Assembly: GCF_002854065.1 (NCBI RefSeq)
Contig: NZ_CP024147.1
Source: Escherichia coli
Lineage (GTDB): Bacteria; Pseudomonadota; Gammaproteobacteria; Enterobacterales; Enterobacteriaceae
DNA length: 64,000 bases
Strand: one strand, 5' to 3'
Of the stretch, positions 52,262 to 62,884 are shown piece after piece. The notes below the pieces were generated by a model. It searched no databases. It was not told the origin of the DNA and worked only from the letters and a program-made list of their open reading frames with translations. The position numbers and the translations under genes were made by a program. The first letter of the stretch is position 1. Each line of letters starts with the position of its first letter.

Positions 52262-52286
52262 GACAATAATAATCATTCTCATTCGC
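52262..52286 (-). promoter_or_regulatory. Fur box overlapping the ryhB promoter
   Basis: Minus-strand GAATGAGAATGATTATTATTGTC resembles the Fur consensus and overlaps a TATTAT -10 placed 7 nt upstream of the RyhB 5' end. Confidence 0.75.
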
Positions 52287-52380
52287 ACTTGTCCAACACT
52301 TTTTGCAAAAAAATGCATTTGACTCGCATTCGAAAGTCAATGATGTTGAAAGGGACTTTTACCCCAAAGAGGACAAAGGA

Positions 52381-52869
52381 ATGAGTGAGATAGTGATACG
52401 CCATGCTGAAACGCGCGATTACGAGGCCATCAGGCAGATTCACGCCCAGCCGGAGGTGTATTGCAACACACTACAACTACCTCATCCTTCGGAAGGCTGG
52501 TGGCCAGAAAGATTGAAAGATCGCCAGGGTTTTAAACAACTGGTTGCCTGCATTGATGGCATCGTAGTGGGTCATCTTTTCATTGAGGCTTATCAAGGCC
52601 CACGCCGCAGTCATGTTGCAACTTTTGGTATCTGTGTTGACTCCCGCTGGCACAACCGCGGCATCGCCAGCGCCCTGATCCGCGAATTGATTGAAATGTG
52701 CGACAACTGGTTACGGATAGATCGTATTGAGTTGACGGTGTTTGCGGATAACGCCCCGGCAATCACAGTCTATAAAAAATTCGGATTTCACATAGAAGGC
52801 ACCGGCAAAAATTACGCTTTTCGTAATGGTGAATATGTCGATGCGTATTATATGGCGCGGGTGAAATAG
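52381..52869 (+). CDS. yhhY: GNAT-family N-acetyltransferase YhhY (162 aa)
   Basis: ORF 52303..52869; start set at MSEIVIRHAETRDYEAIRQIHAQPEV. Confidence 0.9.
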   Translation: MSEIVIRHAETRDYEAIRQIHAQPEVYCNTLQLPHPSEGWWPERLKDRQGFKQLVACIDGIVVGHLFIEAYQGPRRSHVATFGICVDSRWHNRGIASALIRELIEMCDNWLRIDRIELTVFADNAPAITVYKKFGFHIEGTGKNYAFRNGEYVDAYYMARVK

Positions 52870-52894
52870 AGAATTTGCAATCTAAGTTTGTCAT

Positions 52895-52925
52895 TTAAGC
52901 CCTCACCTACCGGGAGAGGGCTTAA
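52895..52925. terminator. Hairpin between convergent yhhY and ggt
   Basis: TTAAGCCCTC-acctaccggg-GAGGGCTTAA inverted repeat in the 60-bp gap. Confidence 0.45.
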
Positions 52926-52929
52926 GATA

Positions 52930-54675
52930 TTAATACCCCGCCGTTAAATCATCCACCGAGCGCGGGTCGGATGCGCCGTACAACTCACCGTCCGGCCCAA
53001 CCATAATGCTTTGTGTACTGCCCATCGCCTCTTTCAGCGCCACTTTCTGACCTTTTGCTTCCAGCAGCTTGAGCGTATCCGGGCTAAACCCTTTTTCGAC
53101 ACGCAGCTCGTCCGGCAACCACTGATGGTGGAAACGCGGCGCATTGGTCGCTTCGGCGACATTCATACCATAATCGATGCTATTCACCACCATTTGAAGC
53201 ACGGTGGTAATGATCCGGCTCCCGCCAGGGCTACCGGTGACCAGCCAGGTTTTACCGTCTTTCACCACAATGGTGGGTGACATCGATGACAGCGGGCGTT
53301 TGTTCGGCCCGACGGCGTTGGCATCACCGCCCACCAGCCCATAAATGTTCGGTACGCCCGGTTTGGCGGAGAAATCATCCATCTGGTTATTAAGCAGAAT
53401 ACCGCTCTCGCCCGCGACAATGCCCGTACCGAAGGTGGTGTTCAGCGTATAGGTCACCGCCACCGCGTTACCATCTTTATCCACCACTGAGTAATGGGTA
53501 GTTTGATTACTCTCATAAGGCGCAAGCTTACCAGGGCGAATCTCGCTGGACGGTTTCGCTTTATTGATATCGATTTGCTCGGCAATAGATTTGGCATAGG
53601 CTTTATTGGTCAGCGCCTGCCACGGGACTTTGACAAAATCCGGGTCGCCAAGATATTCCGAGCGGTCAGCGTAGGCATATTTCTCCGCTTCTGCCATGAT
53701 CTGCATCGCGTCGGCGCTGCCAAAACCGTATTTCTTCATATCGAAGTTTTCCAGAATATTGAGGATTTGTACGATATGGATCCCGCCGGAGGATGGCGGT
53801 GGCATGGAGTAAACCTGATACCCGCGATAATCGCCGCTTATCGGTGTGCGTTCGACTGCTTTATACGCCGCTAAATCTTCTTTAGTGATCAGGCCACCGT
53901 TTTTCTGCATCTCCTGGGCAATCTGTTCCGCTATCGTGCCTTTGTAGAATTCGTCCGGGCCGTTTTCGGCAATCATCTCCAGGTTCTTTGCCAGGTTCGC
54001 CTGCACCAGCTTGTCGCCCTTTTTCAGCGGCTCGCCCTCTTTCCAGAAGATAGCCTTGCTGTTTTCGTGATTCGGCAGCACTTCGCTCCCGTAGGTTTTG
54101 AGATCGTCAGCCAGCGCGTCGTTAACGATAAAACCATCGCGTGCCAGTTTAAACGCTGGCTGCACCACTTTGTTCAACGGCATTGTGCCGTATTTATCCA
54201 ACGCCAGCGAGAAACCAGCGACCGTACCGGGCGTGCCGGAAGCCAGATGCGAAGTGAGTGATTTTTTGCTGTCCGGGTTGCCCTGGTCATCGAGAAACAT
54301 ATCGCGGGTCGCTTTGGCGGGTGCCATTTCGCGGAAATCGATAGCGGTGGTATTGCCATTTTTCGAGCGGATCAGCATAAAACCACCACCGCCCAGATTC
54401 CCTGCCTGCGGATGCGTTACCGCCAGCGCGTAGCCCACAGCCACGGCGGCATCAACGGCATTCCCGCCCTCCTTGAGGATATCCACCCCCACCTGAGTGG
54501 CAGTAGCATCTACAGATGCCACCATCCCCTGTTTCGCGCGTACCGGATGAAAGACATCTTCCTCCACGCCGTAAGAAACAGGAGACGGCGCAGGTGGCGC
54601 GGCTACCGTACTAAAACAACTTCCTGAGAGCAGAGCAGCAATGGCCACCCGGCGTAAAAACGTCGGTTTTATCAT
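52930..54675 (-). CDS. ggt: Gamma-glutamyltranspeptidase Ggt (about 580 aa)
   Basis: ORF 52930..54702; start set at MIKPTFLRRVAIAALLSGSCFS (signal peptide); autoprocessing Thr in ...QTTHYSVVD... Confidence 0.94.
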   Translation of the reverse strand: MIKPTFLRRVAIAALLSGSCFSTVAAPPAPSPVSYGVEEDVFHPVRAKQGMVASVDATATQVGVDILKEGGNAVDAAVAVGYALAVTHPQAGNLGGGGFMLIRSKNGNTTAIDFREMAPAKATRDMFLDDQGNPDSKKSLTSHLASGTPGTVAGFSLALDKYGTMPLNKVVQPAFKLARDGFIVNDALADDLKTYGSEVLPNHENSKAIFWKEGEPLKKGDKLVQANLAKNLEMIAENGPDEFYKGTIAEQIAQEMQKNGGLITKEDLAAYKAVERTPISGDYRGYQVYSMPPPSSGGIHIVQILNILENFDMKKYGFGSADAMQIMAEAEKYAYADRSEYLGDPDFVKVPWQALTNKAYAKSIAEQIDINKAKPSSEIRPGKLAPYESNQTTHYSVVDKDGNAVAVTYTLNTTFGTGIVAGESGILLNNQMDDFSAKPGVPNIYGLVGGDANAVGPNKRPLSSMSPTIVVKDGKTWLVTGSPGGSRIITTVLQMVVNSIDYGMNVAEATNAPRFHHQWLPDELRVEKGFSPDTLKLLEAKGQKVALKEAMGSTQSIMVGPDGELYGASDPRSVDDLTAGY

Positions 54676-54794
54676 CGTTATTCTCCAGAGATTAAGGGGC
54701 AACCCCAGCTAAGCCTGGTATATAACTCTGAATTAATCCTGATGATTGCAGGAAAGGAGTAAACTTAAAGAATATCTTCAGAGGAGGATACGCG

Positions 54795-55235
54795 ATGAAA
54801 CGACTTCTGATTCTTACGGCACTCCTGCCGTTTTTCGGCTTTGCACAGCCCATTAATACTCTGAACAACCCTAACCAGCCGGGGTATCAGATCCCCAGTC
54901 AGCAGCGGATGCAAACCCAGATGCAGACTCAGCAAATCCAGCAAAAAGGGATGCTGAATCAGCAACTGAAAACGCAAACTCAGTTGCAACAACAGCATTT
55001 AGAAAACCAGATAAACAATAATTCTCAGCGGGTGTTGCAGTCACAGCCGGGGGAGCGAAATCCCGCCCGGCAGCAAATGCTGCCCAACACCAATGGCGGG
55101 ATGTTAAACAGCAACCGTAATCCGGATAGTTCGTTGAATCAGCAGCATATGTTGCCGGAGAGGAGAAACGGCGACATGCTGAATCAGCCCGGCACGCCGC
55201 AGCCTGATATACCGTTGAAAACTATTGGGCCGTAA
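54795..55235 (+). CDS. yhhA: Secreted Q-rich protein YhhA (DUF2756, 146 aa)
   Basis: 146-aa ORF with signal peptide [19 protein letters not shown] and low-complexity Q/N-rich body. Confidence 0.9.
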   Translation: MKRLLILTALLPFFGFAQPINTLNNPNQPGYQIPSQQRMQTQMQTQQIQQKGMLNQQLKTQTQLQQQHLENQINNNSQRVLQSQPGERNPARQQMLPNTNGGMLNSNRNPDSSLNQQHMLPERRNGDMLNQPGTPQPDIPLKTIGP

Positions 55236-55965
55236 AGTTCGGACCAATCACATCAATCGCATCGGTACAGATGCAATCCACGCCCCAGCGCAGCAACTCT
55301 GCCGCGCGCTGGGGTTTATTGACGGTATAAACCAGAATCCGTAATCCGGCGTCTTTCAACTGCATCACTCGCGCTTTATCGAGTAACTTATGATTGAGAT
55401 GAATAGAGACGCAGCCCAGCCGCGCGGTCAGTTCTCGCCAGTCGTCGCGCCACTCATCCAGCAACAAACCGCGCGGCAGTTCTGGTACTGCCTGTTGTGC
55501 GGCTTCTAAAGCATCAATCTCAAACGATGACAGTAGCGGCGGCGTCATACCGGCCCACAGCTCGCGTGCCGCCAGCGCCACCATTTTGCCCGTTAATGGC
55601 CCGGTGCCAGTGGTGGGTTTGATTTCGATATTCGCCATCATCCCATGTTCGCGACAGCGTTCCGCCACCTGCGAAAGCAACGGCAGCGGCTCACCTTTAA
55701 ACGCTTTGCCGTACCAACTGCCTGCATCCACACGTAGTAAATCCTGCCAGTTCAGTTCACCCGCGACGCCCCAGCCGTTGCTGGTACGTTCAAGATTGTC
55801 GTCATGGAGCAGAAAGATCTCGCCATCTTTCGATAACTTCGCGTCAAATTCGATCATCTTATGACCGTATTTTGCCCCGACGTCGGTTGCCGCCAGGGTG
55901 TTTTCCGGGGCCAGCTTACCGCCGCCACGATGTGCGACGATGCGGGGATAAGGCCAGTTACTCAT
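55222..55965 (-). CDS. ugpQ: Glycerophosphodiester phosphodiesterase UgpQ (247 aa)
   Basis: 247-aa [29 protein letters not shown]... Confidence 0.95.
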   Translation of the reverse strand: MSNWPYPRIVAHRGGGKLAPENTLAATDVGAKYGHKMIEFDAKLSKDGEIFLLHDDNLERTSNGWGVAGELNWQDLLRVDAGSWYGKAFKGEPLPLLSQVAERCREHGMMANIEIKPTTGTGPLTGKMVALAARELWAGMTPPLLSSFEIDALEAAQQAVPELPRGLLLDEWRDDWRELTARLGCVSIHLNHKLLDKARVMQLKDAGLRILVYTVNKPQRAAELLRWGVDCICTDAIDVIGPNFTAQ

Positions 55966-57032
55966 ACTCGTTGTCCTGTTTCACCATCAAAAAGATGCAG
56001 CTGATTTTCCGCCAGATGCAGCCACAGCGTGCTGCCTGCCGTCGGGCGCTCCTGATGCGCCAGTCGCACCACCAGCTTCTGTTCGCCCCAGCGTCCGTGC
56101 GCCAGGTTATCTGCGCCGAGGATCTCCAGCGTGTCCATCACCAGCGGTACGCCGCCTTCTGCCTGCGAGCTTAGCGCAATATGTTCCGGGCGAATGCCGA
56201 GAGTCATTTTACGCCCGGCATACTGACGGTAGCCACCGTTTAGCGGTAGCACGATACCGCCGTCCAGTTCAAAATGCGTGCCTTCATTATTCACGCGGCC
56301 TGTCAGCAGATTCATCGCCGGACTGCCAATAAAACTCGCCACAAACAGGCTGGCGGGCTTTTCGTAGACTTCAACTGGCGTGCCAATCTGTTCGGCAACG
56401 CCGCCGTTCATCACCATTACTCGCTGGGCGAGCGTCATCGCCTCAACCTGATCGTGAGTAACGTAGAGTGATGTCGTTTTCAGGCGACGGTGCAGCTGTT
56501 GCAGTTCAAGACGCATCTGTACGCGCAGCTTGGCATCGAGGTTAGAGAGTGGCTCATCAAACAGGAACACCGCCGGATCGCGCACAATCGCGCGGCCCAT
56601 CGCCACACGCTGACGCTGACCGCCGGAAAGCTCGCGCGGGCGGCGCTTAAGCAGACCGTCCAGTTCCAGAATGCGCGCCGCCTCTTTAACGCGCTCGGCA
56701 ATTTGCTGCTTGCCCATGCCGCGAATTTTCAGCCCCCACGCCATGTTTTCTTCAACACTCATATGCGGATAAAGCGCGTAGTTCTGGAACACCATCGCAA
56801 TCCCGCGATCTTTCGGCTCCATTTCGGTCACCCGCTGGTCGTTGATCCAGATATCGCCTTCCGTCACCCGCTCCAGCCCGGCAACCATGCGCAGCAGCGT
56901 CGATTTCCCGCAGCCTGACGGCCCGACCATCACGATAAATTCGCCATCCGCCACATCAAGGGTCAGCGGTTTAATCACCTGGGTTTTGCCATCCCAGCTT
57001 TTGGTTACTGCCTGTAATTTCAGTCCTGCCAT
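55962..57032 (-). CDS. ugpC: sn-glycerol-3-phosphate ABC transporter ATPase UgpC (356 aa)
   Basis: ORF 55962..57071; start set at [20 protein letters not shown]; Walker [10 protein letters not shown], signature LSGGQRQR. Confidence 0.95.
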   Translation of the reverse strand: MAGLKLQAVTKSWDGKTQVIKPLTLDVADGEFIVMVGPSGCGKSTLLRMVAGLERVTEGDIWINDQRVTEMEPKDRGIAMVFQNYALYPHMSVEENMAWGLKIRGMGKQQIAERVKEAARILELDGLLKRRPRELSGGQRQRVAMGRAIVRDPAVFLFDEPLSNLDAKLRVQMRLELQQLHRRLKTTSLYVTHDQVEAMTLAQRVMVMNGGVAEQIGTPVEVYEKPASLFVASFIGSPAMNLLTGRVNNEGTHFELDGGIVLPLNGGYRQYAGRKMTLGIRPEHIALSSQAEGGVPLVMDTLEILGADNLAHGRWGEQKLVVRLAHQERPTAGSTLWLHLAENQLHLFDGETGQRV

Positions 57033-57033
57033 C

Positions 57034-57879
57034 TTATTTCTCACTATCGACCAGGCCGCGCACGAAGGCACGCTGCATCACTAAAACAATCACTACTGGT
57101 GGGATCAGGGTTAACAACATCGCCGCCATCACTGAGTTCCATTCTGTGGTGCCTTCGCCAGTGGCGATCATCCCTTTGATCCCTGCCACGGTGGTGCCGA
57201 GATCCACGTCGGTAATAATCAACAACGGCCACAAATACTGGTTCCAGCCGTAAATAAAGGTGATCACAAACAACGCCGCCAGATTAGTTTTGGACAACGG
57301 AAAAACGATGTCGCAAAAGAAGCGCATTGGCGATGCGCCGTCGATCCGCGCGGCTTCCACCAGTTCATCCGGTAGGGTCATAAAGAACTGGCGGAAAAGA
57401 AACGTCGCGGTCGCCGAGGCCATCAGCGGCAGCGTTAAACCTGCGTAGCTGTCGAGCATCTTCAGGTTGGCGATGACTTCCACCGTCGGGAAGATACGTA
57501 CTTCAACCGGCAACATCAGGGTGATAAAAATCATCCAGAAAAAGAGGTTACGCAGCGGAAAACGAAACCAGACAATGGCGAATGCCGAGAGCATCGAGAC
57601 GGTAATTTTGCCGAGCGTAATGCTGAACGCCATCACGAAGCTGTTAAGCAACATCCGCCAGAACGGCGCACTATTTGTGCCTACCCCGTTTACCCAGATG
57701 TTGTGGATGTTTTCCAGCAGATGCGTGCCGGGGATGAGCGTCATCGGCGCGGCGTAGATGGCCTGTTTATCCAGCGTCGCCGCGACAAACGCCACGTACA
57801 GCGGGAATAGGATCACCGCGATCCCGAGGATCAGCATGGTATGGCTGAATATCGTCAGCCACGGACGGTTCTCAATCAT
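57034..57879 (-). CDS. ugpE: sn-glycerol-3-phosphate ABC transporter permease UgpE (281 aa)
   Basis: 281-aa [32 protein letters not shown]... Confidence 0.95.
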   Translation of the reverse strand: MIENRPWLTIFSHTMLILGIAVILFPLYVAFVAATLDKQAIYAAPMTLIPGTHLLENIHNIWVNGVGTNSAPFWRMLLNSFVMAFSITLGKITVSMLSAFAIVWFRFPLRNLFFWMIFITLMLPVEVRIFPTVEVIANLKMLDSYAGLTLPLMASATATFLFRQFFMTLPDELVEAARIDGASPMRFFCDIVFPLSKTNLAALFVITFIYGWNQYLWPLLIITDVDLGTTVAGIKGMIATGEGTTEWNSVMAAMLLTLIPPVVIVLVMQRAFVRGLVDSEK

Positions 57880-58763
57880 TGGTAACGCACCTTGCTTTCA
57901 ACATAGCGGAACTGCACCACCGTCAGCACGATGACGAGGAACATCAACACCACCGACTGTGCGGCAGACGAAGCCAGATCCAGTCCGGTAAAGCCTTCAC
58001 GGTAGATCTTATAAATCAGCGTCGTGGTGGCCTGCACCGGCCCACCGGACGTGGCGGCGTCGATCACCGGGAAGGTGTCGAAGAAGGCATACACCAGGTT
58101 CACTACCAGCAGGAAGAAACTCACCGGAGCGATAAGCGGTAGCGCAATCTTAAAGAAGCGGCGAATCGGGCCTGCGCCATCAATGGCTGCGGCTTCAATC
58201 AACGAACGGGGAATGGATTGCAGCGCGGCATAGAAGAACAGAAAGTTGTAGCTGATTTGCTTCCACACCGAGGCAAACACCACCAGAAACATCGCCTGAC
58301 CGCTGTTTTGCGCGTGGTTCCAGTCGTAGCCGAACTCGGCGAGAAAATGAGTGATCAGCCCGCGACCGGGGTTAAACAAAAATATCCACAATACGGCGGC
58401 AACGGCGGGAGCCACGGCATACGGCAGCAGCATCAAGGTTTGATAGAAACGACTGCCGCGCACGATGTACTCCACCAGCGCCGCAAAGAACAGCGATACC
58501 AGCAAACCGCTGACGGTGACAAAGGTGCTGAATTTTATCGTCGTCCAGAAGGAGTCGATATAGTAGCTGTCATGAAACAGCGCGACGAAGTTATCCAGGC
58601 CGACAAACTGGCTAGAGAAACCAAACGGATCGACGCTTTGTAGCGAGTACCACAACGCTTCGCCCGCAGGCCAGATAAAAAAGATAACGGTGATGATGAG
58701 CTGCGGCGCGACCAGCAAATAAGGCAACCAGCGCGAGCGGAACACCGGACGGGATGATGACAT
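57876..58763 (-). CDS. ugpA: sn-glycerol-3-phosphate ABC transporter permease UgpA (295 aa)
   Basis: 295-aa [32 protein letters not shown]... Confidence 0.95.
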   Translation of the reverse strand: MSSSRPVFRSRWLPYLLVAPQLIITVIFFIWPAGEALWYSLQSVDPFGFSSQFVGLDNFVALFHDSYYIDSFWTTIKFSTFVTVSGLLVSLFFAALVEYIVRGSRFYQTLMLLPYAVAPAVAAVLWIFLFNPGRGLITHFLAEFGYDWNHAQNSGQAMFLVVFASVWKQISYNFLFFYAALQSIPRSLIEAAAIDGAGPIRRFFKIALPLIAPVSFFLLVVNLVYAFFDTFPVIDAATSGGPVQATTTLIYKIYREGFTGLDLASSAAQSVVLMFLVIVLTVVQFRYVESKVRYQ

Positions 58764-58783
58764 TACGGTTAATTCCTGAACTG

Positions 58784-58854
58784 TGCCGGATGCGCTTCGC
58801 TTATCCGGCCTACACGCGATGCCAGGTCAGATAAGCGAAACGCATCCGACATTA
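58784..58854. repeat. REP/BIME element between ugpA and ugpB
   Basis: tgccggatgcgcttcgcttatccggcctaca plus inverted partner gataagcgaaacgcatccgacatt. Confidence 0.7.
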
Positions 58855-58860
58855 CACTGA

Positions 58861-60177
58861 TTAAGACTTCGTCGATTTCTCAAAGCGGCGCAGTAACTGG
58901 TTCCCACGCTCAACGGCGGTATCCAGTGCCTGCTGCGGTGTCTTCTTACCGGTCCACACGCTCTCCAGCTCTTCATCCACAATCACGCGGATCTGCGGCA
59001 TGTTGCCCAGACGCAGCCCTTTGGTGAACGGCAATGGCGGCTTGTTCAGCATCTGACGCGTCGCGGTATCCGCCCCTGGGTTTTTCTCATAAAAGCCCTG
59101 CTCACGAGTCAAGTCATACGCCGCTTTGGTGATTGGCAGATAACCAGTTTTCTGATGCCACTCGGCAGCATTTTCTGGCTTAGCGAGGAAGTCGAGGAAC
59201 TTCGCCACGCCGGTATAAGTTTCTTTATCTTTGCCCTGCATCACCCACAGGCTGGCCCCGCCGATAATGGCGTTTTGCGGTGCATCTTTCGCATCGGCGT
59301 CGTAAGGCATCATGCCTACGCCATAGTTGAATTTGGCGTACTCGCGAATATTAGCGAGAGAACCGGAAGAGGCGGTGGTCATCGCGCAATCACCGTTATA
59401 GAACTTCTCGGTGGATTCATCCTTACGCCCGACGTAGCTGAAATCGCCCTTCTTGTTCATCTCTTCGAGCATGGCGATGTGTTTCACCTGCTCCGGCTTG
59501 TTGAACTCCAGCACCGCATCCGTGCCGTCAAAGCCGTTGTTTTTGCTGGCAAACGGCAGACCGTTCCAGGCGCTAAAGTTTTCCAGTTGGATCCAGCCCT
59601 GCCAGCCGCTGGCGTAGCCGCACTTCATTCCGGAGGCTTTCAGTTTTGCAGAATAGTCCGCCAGATCCTGCCAGGTTTTCGGCGGCTGTTCCGGGTCTAA
59701 TCCTGCTTTCTTGAAGGCGTCTTTGTTGTAATAGAGAACGGGGGTCGAGCTGTTGAATGGCTGGGAGAGTAAGTGGCCGGTTTTGCTGTCGGAGTAGTAA
59801 CCGGAAACCGTCGGCACAAACTGCGACTCATCGAATTGAATCCCCGCCTCTTTAAACACGTCATATACCGGTTTAATGGCTTTCGACGCCATCATGGTGG
59901 CGGTGCCAACTTCATAAACCTGCAAAATAGCCGGAGCGTTGCCGGTACGAAATGCGGCAATCCCCGCGCTTAAATTCTGTTCGTAGTTGCCTTTATAGGT
60001 CGGTACAATTTTGTAATCCGGGTTTTCGGCGTTAAAACGTTGGGCCAGAGAATCCACCTCTTTACCCAGTTCCCCTTCCATAGAATGCCAGAACGGAATG
60101 GTCGTCACTGCCTGTGCATTCCCCATTAACGCCAGTCCGAGCGCCAGTGCTGAAGCTGTATAATGTAACGGTTTCAT
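58861..60177 (-). CDS. ugpB: sn-glycerol-3-phosphate-binding periplasmic protein UgpB (438 aa)
   Basis: 438-aa [41 protein letters not shown]... Confidence 0.96.
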   Translation of the reverse strand: MKPLHYTASALALGLALMGNAQAVTTIPFWHSMEGELGKEVDSLAQRFNAENPDYKIVPTYKGNYEQNLSAGIAAFRTGNAPAILQVYEVGTATMMASKAIKPVYDVFKEAGIQFDESQFVPTVSGYYSDSKTGHLLSQPFNSSTPVLYYNKDAFKKAGLDPEQPPKTWQDLADYSAKLKASGMKCGYASGWQGWIQLENFSAWNGLPFASKNNGFDGTDAVLEFNKPEQVKHIAMLEEMNKKGDFSYVGRKDESTEKFYNGDCAMTTASSGSLANIREYAKFNYGVGMMPYDADAKDAPQNAIIGGASLWVMQGKDKETYTGVAKFLDFLAKPENAAEWHQKTGYLPITKAAYDLTREQGFYEKNPGADTATRQMLNKPPLPFTKGLRLGNMPQIRVIVDEELESVWTGKKTPQQALDTAVERGNQLLRRFEKSTKS

Positions 60178-60296
60178 CGTTTATCTCTCTTGTTGTACCG
60201 AATGCGCGAATTCACGCGTTTTATGCTCGCGGGGTAACATGACATGCTCGAATTACAGAAAAATAACTTTTTTGTTACATTTGTAAGATAGTAAGG

Positions 60297-60314
60297 TGTC
60301 AGAAAGATGACAAG
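60297..60314 (-). promoter_or_regulatory. Pho-box-like direct repeats upstream of ugpB
   Basis: Minus-strand TTGTCATctttCTGACAC, two 7-bp repeats resembling CTGTCAT separated by 4 bp, about 120-140 bp upstream of the ugpB ATG. Confidence 0.5.
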
Positions 60315-60536
60315 GCGGTGACGGTACGGGTGAGGGAAAATGGGAGATGGGGCACGGATATCCCGAGAATGCACTGAAAAGAGGCGATTAACGGCCAGCT
60401 AATCGCCAGAACTCCTTACCATGAAGAGCAAAAATGGCAGCAAATTCTGCGTCCAGTTTTGCTGCCCGATGAGAGCTACATTTTTCAATTTTAACAAAAG
60501 ATTGCCGCGACACTGGTCTAACGGCAAAGAAGATTT

Positions 60537-61283
60537 TCATTGCACCACACTCTGCTTCAACCGTTCATTGGCGGTCTTAATCCATTCCCGGTGGTGTTTT
60601 CTATAATGAGGTCTTGAGCGTTTAGCCGTATCAACTACAGCAACATACTGCTCGTTGGCTTCACGTAACCGACTCATTTTCGCCAACATTTCCGCATAGT
60701 AAATACGCGCCTGCGGGCCGGGGTAATAAGAAATCAATACTTCAAACTCGCTTTCCGCATCAGCGTATTTTTCTTGTGCGGCTAACGTTCTGGCAAATAA
60801 CAAATGCCCGTCTGCCGACTGAAAATCAGGGTTATAACGCATCACATCTTCCAGCGTCTGCTGACAGGCGGCGAACTCCTGAATAGCAAACTGTGCCTGC
60901 GCCAGGCTTAGCATCATTGCCGCTTCATGGGCGAATATCCCGCTTAACGCCTGCTGATAATGGGGAACGGCTTCGTGGTAACGCTCCAGACGCGCCAGCT
61001 CGTTGGCAAGTTGATAGTGGTTTTGATTGGTCTCGGCAATCGCCAGCTCTTCGGTTAATTTGCGCAGGTGACGTTCCGGATTGATTTTGTCCTGCAGGCG
61101 CATCAGAAAGGTACGCCCGTGACGGTCAGCGCCCGTTTCTGGCAGCATCACCATGACAAAATACGCCACGCAACCAATCACCGGAAAACAGAAGATGATA
61201 AAAAACCAATATCGCTCTTGTCCGGTACGGTAAGCGTGGATACAGCAAAGCATTTCAAGCATGGCGACAACGGCATAATGCAT
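60537..61283 (-). CDS. Hypothetical membrane-anchored protein: N-terminal two-helix PLDc_N-like anchor plus cytoplasmic TPR-like helical repeats (248 aa)
   Basis: ORF MHYAVVAMLEMLCCIHAYRTGQERYWFFIIFCFPVIGCVAYFVMVML... (W...FP.IG...Y pattern), then alpha-helical repeats rich in A/L/Q/E/Y; GGAAAGG SD-like sequence upstream. Confidence 0.55.
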   Translation of the reverse strand: MHYAVVAMLEMLCCIHAYRTGQERYWFFIIFCFPVIGCVAYFVMVMLPETGADRHGRTFLMRLQDKINPERHLRKLTEELAIAETNQNHYQLANELARLERYHEAVPHYQQALSGIFAHEAAMMLSLAQAQFAIQEFAACQQTLEDVMRYNPDFQSADGHLLFARTLAAQEKYADAESEFEVLISYYPGPQARIYYAEMLAKMSRLREANEQYVAVVDTAKRSRPHYRKHHREWIKTANERLKQSVVQ

Positions 61284-61365
61284 GGGAGGGAACCTTTCCG
61301 TGGCAAATAAGTGGTCTGGTTTTAATCCTCCCGGTCAGTTGAAACAAGTCTGTATACGGACGAAT

Positions 61366-61392
61366 AACCCGGCAGAACTTAGCTGCCGGGTT
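61366..61392 (-). terminator. Hairpin downstream of livF
   Basis: AACCCGGCAG-ctaagtt-CTGCCGGGTT perfect 10-bp inverted repeat just after the livF stop; no clear U-tract. Confidence 0.4.
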
Positions 61393-61401
61393 ATTGATAA
61401 T

Positions 61402-62115
61402 TTACCCGCCTAAATACGCACTTCTCACCGCTTCATTCGCTAGTAGCGCATCACCAGTATCGGAGAGCACTACATGGCCGTTTTCCAGCACGTAGCCGCG
61501 ATCAGCGAGCTTTAGCGCCTGGTTGGCGTTCTGCTCGACGAGGAAGATAGTCATCCCCTGCTCGCGCAGCTGCTCGATGGTGTCGAAAATTTGCTGGATG
61601 ATAATCGGCGCAAGACCGAGCGATGGCTCATCAAGCAACAACAAACGCGGGTTGCTCATCAGCGCGCGACCAATCGCCAGCATCTGCTGTTCACCGCCGG
61701 ACATGGTGCCTGCCCGCTGAACACGGCGCTCATGCAGACGCGGGAACAGTTCATACACCCACTTTATGCGCTCCTGGAACTGGTCGCGTTCGGCAAAGAA
61801 GCCGCCCATCGCCAGGTTCTCTTCCACCGTCATCCGCGAGAAGACGCGACGCCCTTCCGGGACAATCGCTACCGCTTCGCGCATGATTTTCGCCGTCTGC
61901 CAGTCGGTAATGTCTTTATCATCAAACACAATTCGCCCGCTGGTGGCGCGTGGATCGCCGCATAATGTGCCAAGCAAGGTGGTTTTCCCCGCCCCGTTTG
62001 CGCCAATGAGGGTGACAATCTCGCCCTGATTGATATGCAGGCTCACCTCATGCAGCGCCTGGATTTTGCCGTAGTGGGCGCTGACTTTGTCAAAGGACAA
62101 CATGACTTTTTCCAT
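61402..62115 (-). CDS. livF: Branched-chain amino acid ABC transporter ATPase LivF (237 aa)
   Basis: ORF 61402..62127; start set at MEKVMLSFDKVSAHYGKIQALHEV; Walker A GANGAGKTT. Confidence 0.95.
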   Translation of the reverse strand: MEKVMLSFDKVSAHYGKIQALHEVSLHINQGEIVTLIGANGAGKTTLLGTLCGDPRATSGRIVFDDKDITDWQTAKIMREAVAIVPEGRRVFSRMTVEENLAMGGFFAERDQFQERIKWVYELFPRLHERRVQRAGTMSGGEQQMLAIGRALMSNPRLLLLDEPSLGLAPIIIQQIFDTIEQLREQGMTIFLVEQNANQALKLADRGYVLENGHVVLSDTGDALLANEAVRSAYLGG

Positions 62116-62116
62116 C

Positions 62117-62884
62117 TTATGCCTCACCTAAATAGGCACGGATCACGTCCGGGTTATTACGGATTTGCTCCGGCGTACCGTTTGCCAGCGGCGTCCCCTG
62201 ATTGACCACGTAAATTCGGTCCGAAATTCCCATCACCAGCTTCATATCGTGTTCAATCAACAAGATAGTGGTGTTGTGATGGTTACGCAGTTCGGCAATC
62301 AGCTCATCCAGCTCTTTGGTTTCTTTTGGGTTAAGACCTGCTGCCGGTTCGTCGAGCATTAAAATCTCCGGCTGCGTCACCATGCAGCGGGCAATCTCCA
62401 GACGGCGCTGGTCACCATAGGCCAGGTTACTCGCCTGACGGTTGGCGTGTTCCAGCAAACCAATACGCTCAAGCCAGGTGGCGGCGCGGTCGAGCGCTTC
62501 GCTCTGGGTGCGACGGAAAGACGGCGTTTTCAACAGGCCTGAGAACAGCCCGGTTTTCAGTTGCTGATGCTGCGCCACCAGCAGGTTTTCAATTACCGTC
62601 ATTTCACGGAACAGACGCACATGCTGGAAGGTACGCACCACGCCCATGCGGGCAATTTGCTGCCCCGGTAAACCTTCCAGATGCTGATCGCGCAGTAAAA
62701 TGGTGCCTCCTGTGGGTTTGTAGAATCCGGTCAGGCAGTTAAAGACCGTGGTTTTTCCGGCACCGTTAGGACCGATTAACGAGACGATCTCCTGCGGGTA
62801 CAATTCAAGATTGACGTTATTCACAGCCAGCAGGCCGCCGAAGCGCATCATCAGGCCGTTAACAGATAATAATGGCTGACTCAT
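62117..62884 (-). CDS. livG: Branched-chain amino acid ABC transporter ATPase LivG (255 aa)
   Basis: 255-aa [32 protein letters not shown]...GPNGAGKTT. Confidence 0.95.
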   Translation of the reverse strand: MSQPLLSVNGLMMRFGGLLAVNNVNLELYPQEIVSLIGPNGAGKTTVFNCLTGFYKPTGGTILLRDQHLEGLPGQQIARMGVVRTFQHVRLFREMTVIENLLVAQHQQLKTGLFSGLLKTPSFRRTQSEALDRAATWLERIGLLEHANRQASNLAYGDQRRLEIARCMVTQPEILMLDEPAAGLNPKETKELDELIAELRNHHNTTILLIEHDMKLVMGISDRIYVVNQGTPLANGTPEQIRNNPDVIRAYLGEA

